Notes: generated by a model not told the origin, from the letters alone. A stretch of 64,000 nt of DNA from a virus (IMGVR_UViG_3300031949_000001:155305-219304), one strand, 5' to 3'; shown: positions 18,299 through 27,356, numbered from the stretch's first letter. Translations and numbers: made by a program.

Positions 18299-19884
18299 CG
18301 CATTTCTTTATAGGCTTCCATCCACCAATCTGGAATCGTGTGTCGAGTTTTAGACATCAAGAAATTCCAGCTTGAATCCAAGATGTAAACAAATCCCCAA
18401 TCAGTCTTTGACCTAACCACGCGTCCGCCGCCCTGAATGACCTCTATAAGCGCTTGGCGAGCATACCACTCGTCGGAGATAAGCTTCCTAGTGAATACCC
18501 ATTGGTCTCCCAGGAATGGGTATGGGATTTTTGCGAAGACCGCAAAGCGGGCAACATCTCCAACTAAGTCCAAACCTTCTGTGATACTCGGGGAGAAGAG
18601 AATACAAGGCTTGTCTGATTTCTTAAACATGTCAATAACCTTCTCACGTTTCATGCCGCTTTCTGGATTATGGTGCATAATCTCGTGACTGGTTATGGTT
18701 TGAAGAGCGTCGGTCATCCATTTGGCAATTGCGAAGCTCGCAGTATGAACGATGCCCGAATCATTTTCGTGCATCTCCAGGATATGACTCATCGCATTAA
18801 TCATCTTATCCCTTCCATCCCGGTTTTCATCTAGATGCCAATCCTTATTCATTTTCATGGTAGGAATGAAAATGACAGGACGATTTTCGTGCGGGAATTC
18901 AGAATCCATTGTCAGGAATGCCGAATCATTATAATTTAATCCCAAGTCTTGACAGAATCCTTTATGGTTTAAAACAGTAGACGACATGAAAAGGAACTGT
19001 CCAGCCTGTGGCTCTAAGACATGATGGAAGCTAAAGCCAGCAAAAAGGCGCTTGAATTTGATGTTGCTTTTATCGTAGATCAAGGCAAAATCTTTCTGAA
19101 TTTGTTCAACTGGTGAATCAACGAGCCATTCAATCGTAGAACAGTGTTCCTCTAGAGAATTCAACTCACGTAACATGTTGAGTTCTGCTCCGGTAGGATT
19201 TCGATCCATCATACCACTTCGAAGTTCATCTGTTTTGTCTGCCAGTTCTTTAGCCTTTTCGATGATGATGGGAAGATAAGCATCTCTGATCCAATCAATG
19301 GCTTCGCGGATGTTTCTGGCGGCTTGGAATTTAATTCCATAGCGTTTGCATCGGGCTTCCGAAACCTCGATGGCATCGAGTTCACACAATTCCTGTTCAG
19401 AATTGTGACATTCGTCTAGGATCATCAATGGACGTGGTTTGAATACACCAGCGTACATGAAGGAAAGTAAAGCCAATTTGTAGTTCAATATAACGTGCGG
19501 CGAGTATTTGGCTATCTCTTTTGCGCCTCGATATGGACAGAATTCGCATTGTGGTTTGACCAAGCTACCAATATCGCAGGTTGTTTTATGCGGAGCGCAA
19601 TTGTAGTTGCTCTTGCCGTAAAAGCTGAAGACGCGGTTGCGTGGGAAGGAATCCTCATATTGTTTCTGAAGGATCTTCTGAGGCGTCAGAACGAATGACT
19701 TCCTAGCATCTGGACTTTGAATGTAATTAGCGTATGTGATTCCGATGTGACTCTTACCTGCACCTACTGGCGCTTCAAGGATAAGATATTTTGCTGTTTG
19801 TTGTTCGAGCCACTCCAATGCTTTGACTTGTGTATCTCGTGGTGGACTGGTGGGATGTGACCAATGTTCAAGGATTGTAGACAT
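18295..19884 (-). CDS. DinG/XPD-family SF2 helicase with Fe-S cysteine cluster
   Basis: EAPVGAGKS (I), ILDECH (II), EGLD, KIPYP, QGGGRVVRS (VI); four Cys in NYNC..TC..QCEFCPY. Start uncertain (19884, 19917 or 19944). Confidence 0.9.
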   Translation of the reverse strand: MSTILEHWSHPTSPPRDTQVKALEWLEQQTAKYLILEAPVGAGKSHIGITYANYIQSPDARKSFVLTPQKILQKQYEDSFPRNRVFSFYGKSNYNCAPHKTTCDIGSLVKPQCEFCPYRGAKEIAKYSPHVILNYKLALLSFMYAGVFKPRPLMILDECHNSEQELCELDAIEVSEARCKRYGIKFQAARNIREAIDWIRDAYLPIIIEKAKELADKTDELRSGMMDRNPTGAELNMLRELNSLEEHCSTIEWLVDSPVEQIQKDFALIYDKSNIKFKRLFAGFSFHHVLEPQAGQFLFMSSTVLNHKGFCQDLGLNYNDSAFLTMDSEFPHENRPVIFIPTMKMNKDWHLDENRDGRDKMINAMSHILEMHENDSGIVHTASFAIAKWMTDALQTITSHEIMHHNPESGMKREKVIDMFKKSDKPCILFSPSITEGLDLVGDVARFAVFAKIPYPFLGDQWVFTRKLISDEWYARQALIEVIQGGGRVVRSKTDWGFVYILDSSWNFLMSKTRHTIPDWWMEAYKEMR

Positions 19885-19941
19885 AGCTTTTCCGTTGTTA
19901 TTCTTCTTTACCATCATATCAGAGATAAGGAAACAAGACAA

Positions 19942-19949
19942 CATAAATA
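19942..19949 (+). promoter_or_regulatory. T4-type late promoter (nucleotidyltransferase)
   Basis: CATAAATA 19 nt before ATG 19969. Confidence 0.7.
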
Positions 19950-19968
19950 TTCAATCTTAGAGGAAAAA

Positions 19969-20709
19969 ATGCTATCATTCAAAGAGTTTTTGATGGAAAA
20001 AATAACTATATCTCACAAGGATATTAGTTTCGAATACCACGATGAATTACATCCTGATTTTTGGGATGACGGAAAGTTGCGTTCCGAGATTCGGAAGCAA
20101 CTGTTGAAGATAGCGGACAACTTCCTGGCGTCCTTTAAAAAAACAAAACTAAAAGTTTCAGACATTGTTTTCACCGGAAGTCTTGCAGACTATAATTGGA
20201 GTTCTTCATCAGATGTTGATGTCCATGTTATATTCGATGTAAAAAATGGAGGTAAGATTGATGCCGAAGAGTTCATAAGGGCTAAATTGAAGGACTGGCG
20301 TAAAGATCACAAAACAATTACTATCAAAGGGTTTCCGGTCGAAGTATCGATTGAGACGCCAAATGAATCTCACGACAATCGAGCAGCAGGCGCATACAGT
20401 CTGACCAACGATGAATGGATCACAAAACCAAAAGAAAAAGAAGAATCAGAACTAGACCATGACGCGATTAAAAAACGTGTCATGGAATTAGAAAAAGAAA
20501 TAGATTCGATGATGGTAAAAGACGCTTCTCCAAAAAAGATCGAGGCTTTTAAAGACCGTATCCGTGACGCTCGAAGCGCTGGCTTAAAAACCAAAGGCGA
20601 GTTCTCTGAAGAGAATCTCGCCTTCAAGGCTTTACGAAAAGAAGGTACATTAGATAAACTTTGGGATCATGCCAAGGCTATCGAGAATGCTGCTTTAACT
20701 CTGAAATAA
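19969..20709 (+). CDS. Pol-beta-superfamily nucleotidyltransferase
   Basis: FTGSLADYNWSSSSDVDVHV (GS...DxD) plus a later acidic strand (PVEVS) and a helical C-terminus. Start reassigned to 19969 (GAGG SD; late promoter 19942-19949). Confidence 0.8.
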   Translation: MLSFKEFLMEKITISHKDISFEYHDELHPDFWDDGKLRSEIRKQLLKIADNFLASFKKTKLKVSDIVFTGSLADYNWSSSSDVDVHVIFDVKNGGKIDAEEFIRAKLKDWRKDHKTITIKGFPVEVSIETPNESHDNRAAGAYSLTNDEWITKPKEKEESELDHDAIKKRVMELEKEIDSMMVKDASPKKIEAFKDRIRDARSAGLKTKGEFSEENLAFKALRKEGTLDKLWDHAKAIENAALTLK

Positions 20710-21186
20710 CATTCTGTTCTGAAGCAGGTTTTGAGCAACATACAAATCGTGCTCTACGTCCACTTCTTGCCAAATACCGTACAGGTATTCGTTGGTAATC
20801 CGCCCATAATCTTGTCCATCTGCTTGCCATGCGCCACAATCCTTAAGAGGAATGAGAATAAGCCATGTCACCGGAAGTGTGATGATTGCGATGTAGCATA
20901 GAGCGATAACCGAAATGACTACATCCAGTAACGCAAATACAAAAAAGAGTAGAAACAAGAATTTCCAAATAGACGGAACCCAACTACCACCGACAGGCTT
21001 TGTTATTTCCCGCCCCACCAACGAACCAAGAAGAAAGGGAAGAAATGTGCCGGGTGCATCCATTGCATTACAAAAAGCGTTTGCGAAGTGAGTAGCATCT
21101 CCGAGAACTTGACGCTCACCCCAAGGTTTGAACCAAGTCCAAATCTTAATGTGCAACTTCATGATTAATTTAATTAGGAACCGCAT
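20695..21186 (-). CDS. Hypothetical membrane protein, probably early
   Basis: Long hydrophobic segment (FLFLLFFVFALLDVVISVIALCYIAIITLPVTWLIL); sigma70 promoter upstream. Confidence 0.65.
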   Translation of the reverse strand: MRFLIKLIMKLHIKIWTWFKPWGERQVLGDATHFANAFCNAMDAPGTFLPFLLGSLVGREITKPVGGSWVPSIWKFLFLLFFVFALLDVVISVIALCYIAIITLPVTWLILIPLKDCGAWQADGQDYGRITNEYLYGIWQEVDVEHDLYVAQNLLQNRMLFQS

Positions 21187-21217
21187 TTTGCTACTCCAAT
21201 AGAGTTAAGGTGCCAAG

Positions 21218-21246
21218 ATGATATCATTAAAAAGCAAAAAGGTCAA
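21218..21246 (-). promoter_or_regulatory. sigma70-type promoter for the 163-aa membrane protein
   Basis: TTGACC-17 nt-TATCAT with TGn extended -10. Confidence 0.7.
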
Positions 21247-21264
21247 TACATGATTGACCTTTTT
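21236..21264. terminator. Intrinsic terminator after the acidic protein
   Basis: AAAAAGGTCAAT-ACATG-ATTGACCTTTTT, a 12-bp perfect inverted repeat. Confidence 0.8.
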
Positions 21265-21286
21265 ATTTGCCTTTTCGGAAAAGAGC

Positions 21287-21805
21287 TTACTTCATTCTAA
21301 AAACTTTATCGCTGTTGTTCTGTGTAGTGTCACCATTACGTAGTGGTGCATCACCTTCAGGATAATCATCACCACCCTCTGGAGCACCAAGATCTTGTTC
21401 ATCACCTATCTCATCACCACCCATCTCATCTTGGGATTCAGGAATTATTGATTCGTAATCATCCATAGTTATTGGAGACTTATCAAGTGCGAGCATATTC
21501 TCAACTACTGTATGAATTTCTTCGTCGCTTTGTGCTTCTTCATGCGCCCATTCGAGCAATTTGATCAAGAAAGGAACGTCACATTCGAGGCTATCTTCAC
21601 CTTCTAGCGGATCACCATATTCACTTTCGGTATCATCACTGTCGTCGGTTTTGAAATCTTTATAGTCATCCATACCATCGTCGCCGTTTGGCATTGGACC
21701 ATCTGTTACTTCTGGCTGTGGCTTTGCGCCGCCAAATTCAAAATCCATCTCTTTGACCGGCTTTCTGTTTAGACTGACGAGTTCTTTTAGCAAGGACATT
21801 CTCAT
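21287..21805 (-). CDS. Acidic hypothetical protein, probable head-associated protein
   Basis: D/E/G-rich with a conserved-looking core (DVPFLIKLLEWAHEEA..DEEIH.VVENM); SD AAGGAGA; late promoter 21827-21834. Confidence 0.7.
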   Translation of the reverse strand: MRMSLLKELVSLNRKPVKEMDFEFGGAKPQPEVTDGPMPNGDDGMDDYKDFKTDDSDDTESEYGDPLEGEDSLECDVPFLIKLLEWAHEEAQSDEEIHTVVENMLALDKSPITMDDYESIIPESQDEMGGDEIGDEQDLGAPEGGDDYPEGDAPLRNGDTTQNNSDKVFRMK

Positions 21806-21825
21806 ATCTCCTTCGTGTTATGTGT

Positions 21826-22323
21826 TTATTTATCTTGGGGATACTTTACTTGACCATATTTTGCCAGATGGTAGGCATCGGATAGATCCCCCAACCCCGT
21901 TGTTTTTTTAAAACCTGAGTTTTTAAACAAAGTTGCTGTATTGGTTGGAACTTTGTCAATCATGTCTTGCTTTTCGGCTCTACCGTTTCCAGTAGCGAAT
22001 TTCTTTAGAGTTGGAGGCGGTACAATAACAATTGTTGGTTCGTAATGAAGATGGTATCGAATGTAAATTATAATGGCGAATTGCAAACCAGCCAAATCTC
22101 TGGTCATGTTTCCCAAGTTCCCGAAAGACAATCCTTCAAGGATTACCAAATCGGGCTTAATTCGTGTTACTTTAGTTCCGATCTTTCTAGCGATAGCAGC
22201 CGCGTTATGATAGACATCTTCGGTATCATCTTTTTTAAATATTTCAAAATCAACGCATTGGTCATCGTTCATCACAACGACCGCACAGCTTTTATATGAT
22301 TGGTCTATTCCTAAAGTTATCAT
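21826..22323 (-). CDS. ruvC: RuvC-like Holliday junction resolvase
   Basis: LGIDQS, VILEG, PPTLKKFATGNGRAEKQDM, DLSDAY: all RuvC acidic catalytic positions present. Confidence 0.88.
   Translation of the reverse strand: MITLGIDQSYKSCAVVVMNDDQCVDFEIFKKDDTEDVYHNAAAIARKIGTKVTRIKPDLVILEGLSFGNLGNMTRDLAGLQFAIIIYIRYHLHYEPTIVIVPPPTLKKFATGNGRAEKQDMIDKVPTNTATLFKNSGFKKTTGLGDLSDAYHLAKYGQVKYPQDK
21827..21834 (-). promoter_or_regulatory. T4-type late promoter (acidic protein), overlapping the ruvC stop
   Basis: GATAAATA upstream of 21805. Confidence 0.65.
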
Positions 22324-22859
22324 TGTTGTTCCATATATTTAATTATTAATTTTAATTCTTCTATAGTTGCATCTCGCTTAAGTGTGTTCGCACGTCTACT
22401 TATGACATGACTATTATCTTTGGTATAACCTTTTGAATTATCGATCCTGTCGATGGTAGGAGAGAACGACGAATCTTTAATAGAAGTACGACTACTAACC
22501 GGAATAACAAAGGGTTTCCCGAAAACTGGGCACATTTTTGGTATAACTACATCTGAAACGGTTATATTAAATTCAAGATTTCGTTCTTTCGCTCTATATT
22601 TTGCATGAGACCACAAATTTAACGCGTAATTTGCAGCCCTCCGCTTAGGATAATAATTTGGATTTTTAGAAAGCCATTTGTTAACATGTTGTTTATGTTT
22701 TCCAGGATTATCTCTAATCCTCATATTATTACATTCTTTACAATTACCAGTTGATACATATCGAACTGATACGTGCCCGTTAGAACATATTTTATTTGTA
22801 AAGTATAGCTTATTGCCATCCAACTTAGCTTGTTTTCTGTTTTTAATTTCTGCTATCAT
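22320..22859 (-). mobile_element. Free-standing HNH-type homing endonuclease
   Basis: N-terminal C..GH...RY....C.EC module; CPVFG...SPTIDRIDNSKGYTKDN..VIS..AN..K nuclease motif; visibly AT-richer than the flanks. Confidence 0.8.
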
Positions 22860-22930
22860 ATGATCATTGTACTAGGAGTTAATGATATATATTCCATATA
22901 GTTAGCCCAATTGTATAAGGATTTATGTAA

Positions 22931-24211
22931 ATGTTACTTTGTGATTTATTCGAAGAAGCTGAAAATGAGAACAAAGATCTAGTTTCGCCTTATGCAGACG
23001 AAGCAGAAATCCCGGCTGATGCTTACCCAAGAGTCGTTGAAAAGATCGCCGCTCTTAATAAGCGAGCCGCAAAACTGAAAGTTCCGCATGTTCAACTTCA
23101 AATCGTTGAAGAAATCTATAAAGATGTTAAGAAGGATGAAGACGGACCCGCTAGGAAGATGAAATACTTCAAAGTTAAGGTCATCGGAGAATCCCCGAAA
23201 CTAGCCGGTTGGCACTTCATAGCAACCATTGAACACAAAGACTCTGGAAACATTATCCGCGCCGCCCCAGGACAAGAAAGTAACGAAAAGATTCGAGACT
23301 TCTACAATGCCGATCCAGATTATTGTGATTGGTGCAAAACTCGAAGGAATCGTATCGATACGTTCCTAGTTCAGAACGACAATGGCGAGATACGCCAGAT
23401 TGGTCGTAACTGCCTAACAAACTTCTTGGGTGGGATTGATCCTAAAGCCATCATTTGGTACTTCCGTTTCCGTTCGAGCATTGGTGAAATCATTAATGAT
23501 GAAGATGAACGCATGAATCGAGGCGGTAAACGACGTGCTGATTACTTTACTGCGGAGAGTGTTTTGGCTGTTGCTATTAAGGTTGCTGCGAAATTTGGTT
23601 ATGTTACTTCGGCGAAATCTCAAGAAACTGGTTCTTTATCCACTGCGGCAGAAGTTCGTAATTTATTCAATCGAGCCTTTTATAGCTTTCGTACTATGGA
23701 AGATTGGGAAAAAGAAATGATCAAAGCCGATCCTGCCGCTGCCGAGCAGGCAAGAACAATAATCGAATGGTTTAAGGCTCTTCCAGAAAAGGAAAGAGAA
23801 AGTAACAATTTCATGCATAGCTTAAACGTTCTACTTAACAGTCAGCAGATTTCTGGTCGTGACCTTGGATTCGTCATTGCTTTGATCCCGACTTACAAGC
23901 GTGCTCAAGAAAACCAACTAAAAGCAAGCAATCCTAAGTCCAATGATTGGCTCGGAGCCGTGGGACAGAAGCTTCCACCTACTCGTGTTACGGTTATTGG
24001 AACGCAGGATATTGCAAGTGATTACGGTACGAAGCAATTAGTTCGTATGGAAGATGAACAAGGTCATATGATCATTTGGTGGAATAGCAGTCAGCACAGA
24101 ATGGAGCAAGGAAAACAATACACCATCACTGGCGGTACTATCAAGAAACATGATGAATTCCGTGGTGTGAAACAAACCGTCTTGACTCGCGCCAAACTTA
24201 CGCCGGTCTAA
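22931..24211 (+). CDS. Hypothetical protein with Cys motif and C-terminal OB-fold-like domain
   Basis: YCDWC..RRNR...IGRNCL..FLG; C-terminus VTVIG...YG...LVRMEDEQGHMIIWW...G.IKKHDEFRGVKQTVLTR. N-terminus MLLCDLFEE. Confidence 0.6.
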   Translation: MLLCDLFEEAENENKDLVSPYADEAEIPADAYPRVVEKIAALNKRAAKLKVPHVQLQIVEEIYKDVKKDEDGPARKMKYFKVKVIGESPKLAGWHFIATIEHKDSGNIIRAAPGQESNEKIRDFYNADPDYCDWCKTRRNRIDTFLVQNDNGEIRQIGRNCLTNFLGGIDPKAIIWYFRFRSSIGEIINDEDERMNRGGKRRADYFTAESVLAVAIKVAAKFGYVTSAKSQETGSLSTAAEVRNLFNRAFYSFRTMEDWEKEMIKADPAAAEQARTIIEWFKALPEKERESNNFMHSLNVLLNSQQISGRDLGFVIALIPTYKRAQENQLKASNPKSNDWLGAVGQKLPPTRVTVIGTQDIASDYGTKQLVRMEDEQGHMIIWWNSSQHRMEQGKQYTITGGTIKKHDEFRGVKQTVLTRAKLTPV

Positions 24212-26288
24212 TGACTGAGAAGTCTTTATCTGTTTCAACTACAAACGCGTGATTGAACATGTTCTTCGACAAGCCTCTGTGAGAGATTAGGAACATACTA
24301 ATTTTTTCTTCCCGCGCTTTGGTTTTCAGAATCTTGGAAGCTAGATCGACCGTTTCATCGTCCAAACCAAAATCCAACACTTCATCAAGCAAGCATATAT
24401 TGATAGTTGGGTGGAGTACTTGATTGGTGTCTCGAAACGCCAACGCTAAACCAAAATTCACAGATGCCGACTGTCCGTTTGACAAAGAACTGAACGTGAT
24501 TTCTGATCCATACCTCGTGATCTTGGCTGTCAATTCAGGAGTGAATTCAACCTTGAATGGAAGATGAGACAAATACTTTCTAAGCTGCTTGTTGAGATAT
24601 GGGAGATTCTTGTTGATGAATGCCTTGCGGATGAAACTGTCCCTCTTGGTCAACAGCTTATATAAGAATTGTTGATGTTCAAGCTTCTTGGTTAATACGT
24701 TGATTTCGGTGAAATCGGCTTTCTCCAAAACGATGGCTTCTAGTTCGGACAGAGCATCGTAATGTGGATTTTCGGCTTTATGATGTGATTCTAGCTTAGC
24801 GAATAGGATTTGACTTTGGCTTTGGATTTCGATGAGTTTGTCCAGGTTTTCGACGGTCGTCTGTTGCTGAATTTTTTCTTTTTCAGTCCTGAGTTTTGAA
24901 ACGTCTTTATTATCATCAATTAACTCCTTGAGTTTGTCATTAAGTGATTCTAGCGCTTCTACGTGAGGATTAGTCACTTCTTTCAAGTCAGCTAGCTTTT
25001 GGGAGAGAGTCTTCTTTTGGTCCCGCGTCTCCAGCATTTTGGTGAAGTCGGGTATTTCTCTTGCGTATTCGAGAGTAAAACTACTGGCTTTTAAGTCTGG
25101 TAACGCTTTTTCTGTCTTGTCTAATTCCTTGACAAGTCTGTCTAGTTCTTTTTGCGCGGTCACCAGCTCTTTTTCAATTTCAGAAATTTTGTTTTTTACA
25201 TCTGCAAATACCTGCAAACAAAATGGGCACTTGTTATCGTGAAGCAGAGCAAGATTATTCTGATGTTTATCGGTTGCTTGTTTGTGTGATTTAATAGCAT
25301 CAGACAGTGTTTTTTGTTGTCTTAAAATTTCATGAAGCTTCTCAGTAACCTCTGTGTACTTGTGGTGTAGATCAGTTTCCTTGTCGAAATCAATCTTATT
25401 GAGATTTTCTAGTGTCTTCTCTACCGAAGCGAGTGTTTGAGCATGATTCTTTTCCCAGGCGACGACCCGCCCTTCCGCACTTGAAACCTGTTTCTGTTGA
25501 TCTTCGATTTTGATAATCATGTCGTTGATGTCCTTAATGCGTTTGAAAAGTTCTGTTTCCTTGGCATAGTCAATCTTCGGAAGGGTTGCTTTGGATTTTT
25601 CCAGACTGGTAATAGATTGTTCCTTGTTCAATTCCCAATCAACTACGCGCTTCTTGGCATTTACGATCTGTTCGTTATGACGCTCTTCAACTTTCTTTAG
25701 GTGTTCTATTTTGTTCTGAAACAGTTCGATTAGATTTTTCGTATCTTTGATCTGATCATTCAGAATTTTGGCTTTATCTGAGAACATGGTCAGATTGAAA
25801 ATATTCTCCACAAATGATGTCTGTTTAACCGATTCTAATTTCAAGAATGGTTCAAGCAAAGCAGAAATGACAACGATTCGAATGAATGTATCATGATTCA
25901 TCCCAATGATTCCTTCGATCTTTTCTTCTACATCGGCACTAGTTTTATCTTCACCTTCAATTGATAACTTAACCCAGGTGTCCTTACCGTTGAATCGTTT
26001 ACCTTTACGGACGCGCTCAATTTTGTAATTGATGCCATTCTTTTCAAACTCGACTGATACTTCAAGATTCTTCTTGTTGATATCGTTAATGAGTTCATCA
26101 ACATTTACCTTGTTGATGGGTTTGTTGTATAGAGCGTAGACTAATGCGCTCATGATGGTTGTCTTACCAACACCATTTTTACCGAGAATGAGTGTAACAC
26201 CCGGATTGTCTAGATTGATCATTACCGGAACGTTCCCGTAGGACATGAAGTTACGAAGAGTGAGTATTTTGAATTTGAACTGATACAT
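24198..26288 (-). CDS. gp46: Recombination nuclease ATPase subunit (T4 gp46 / SbcC / Rad50-like)
   Basis: LRNFMSYGN, Walker A GKNGVGKTT, zinc hook CPFC, signature LSNGQ, Walker B LLDEVLD. Confidence 0.95.
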   Translation of the reverse strand: MYQFKFKILTLRNFMSYGNVPVMINLDNPGVTLILGKNGVGKTTIMSALVYALYNKPINKVNVDELINDINKKNLEVSVEFEKNGINYKIERVRKGKRFNGKDTWVKLSIEGEDKTSADVEEKIEGIIGMNHDTFIRIVVISALLEPFLKLESVKQTSFVENIFNLTMFSDKAKILNDQIKDTKNLIELFQNKIEHLKKVEERHNEQIVNAKKRVVDWELNKEQSITSLEKSKATLPKIDYAKETELFKRIKDINDMIIKIEDQQKQVSSAEGRVVAWEKNHAQTLASVEKTLENLNKIDFDKETDLHHKYTEVTEKLHEILRQQKTLSDAIKSHKQATDKHQNNLALLHDNKCPFCLQVFADVKNKISEIEKELVTAQKELDRLVKELDKTEKALPDLKASSFTLEYAREIPDFTKMLETRDQKKTLSQKLADLKEVTNPHVEALESLNDKLKELIDDNKDVSKLRTEKEKIQQQTTVENLDKLIEIQSQSQILFAKLESHHKAENPHYDALSELEAIVLEKADFTEINVLTKKLEHQQFLYKLLTKRDSFIRKAFINKNLPYLNKQLRKYLSHLPFKVEFTPELTAKITRYGSEITFSSLSNGQSASVNFGLALAFRDTNQVLHPTINICLLDEVLDFGLDDETVDLASKILKTKAREEKISMFLISHRGLSKNMFNHAFVVETDKDFSVIRPA

Positions 26289-27337
26289 TATGCCGGTACT
26301 CTAAGGTCGCGATATATTGAAACCAATAATTCAGGCTCAATGTTCGGTACGTTGATTTCCAACAACATTGTTTCAAAGACTTGATCAACGTTACGCATAT
26401 CTCCTTCGATGGTCACTTCTGTCCCGCTGAGTGCGTCACTAGCATCACTCGATTCTGTTATAGAGAATTCGCGTAAGCCATAGTTGCTCATAAATTTTTC
26501 CTTGAGAATTGATTCTTCTTCGTAGGTGAGAGGAATGTCTGCAAGACACGTCACGCGCATCTTTGAGTCCAACTCAACCTTACCGTCTAGAATATCCGAT
26601 ATCTTGATTCTCGTGTACTTCGGGCATTCTTTCCAGTTGATGAATGTCGGTTTGTTCTTTGTATGGTCGTAGACCATCATACCACGGTCGTTGTCGTCCA
26701 TGTCACCATAGTCCATTGGGAACGTGTTTCCAATGTAGATTACATTACCAGATTCTTGGCGTTTGTGGAAGTGTCCTGAGAAGATATACTTTGGTCCCGT
26801 GAAGTCTTTTGGATCAGGAGCGGCTTCCATCTTCATGCCGCTACCGGTAATAATGAAGCCTTTGAACTCAAAATGTCCTGCCCAAATTGGAATCTTCTTG
26901 AATTCACTCAAACCAGGATATTCTTCATGAAAGAGGAATGGAGAAAACAACATCCCACCTTTCATATCATCAACAACAACAGGCTTGTCGATGACTCGGA
27001 AATTATCGAACTCATTGAAGTGAATAGTAGAGAAGATATCTCGGTCGTTTCGGTTTGCTAAGTCATGATTACCAACAACAAAGAAGACAGGCAAGCCAAG
27101 ACTGTTTAGCTTTTTCGCTCCCATGTAGGAATACATCAACGTTGTAGCGCCGATGGATGGTCTTGATTCATGCCAGTCACCTAAGAAGGCAACATAGTCG
27201 ATAGCGGGATCGTTCTTCACGTTCTCGCAGAACCAGTCGATGAAATCTAAACAGTCTTGATTATGCAGATCTGAATTATTTTTGCGTCCAAAATGGATAT
27301 CCGTGAGGTATGCCCCCCGCGAGAGATAGTTTCCCAT
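26288..27337 (-). CDS. gp47: Recombination nuclease subunit (T4 gp47 / SbcD / Mre11-like)
   Basis: TDIHFG, FLGDW, VGNHD, GHFE, FSGHFHKRQ, IYIGN metallophosphoesterase motifs. Confidence 0.95.
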   Translation of the reverse strand: MGNYLSRGAYLTDIHFGRKNNSDLHNQDCLDFIDWFCENVKNDPAIDYVAFLGDWHESRPSIGATTLMYSYMGAKKLNSLGLPVFFVVGNHDLANRNDRDIFSTIHFNEFDNFRVIDKPVVVDDMKGGMLFSPFLFHEEYPGLSEFKKIPIWAGHFEFKGFIITGSGMKMEAAPDPKDFTGPKYIFSGHFHKRQESGNVIYIGNTFPMDYGDMDDNDRGMMVYDHTKNKPTFINWKECPKYTRIKISDILDGKVELDSKMRVTCLADIPLTYEEESILKEKFMSNYGLREFSITESSDASDALSGTEVTIEGDMRNVDQVFETMLLEINVPNIEPELLVSIYRDLRVPA

Positions 27338-27356
27338 GTTCTTCCTTATTGTTTTT

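Noticed and set aside
22882-22910. sigma70 promoter for the HNH-ruvC unit (TTGGGC-17-TATCAT, - strand)
   Set aside because: Poor -35 match in very AT-rich DNA; not distinguishable from chance.
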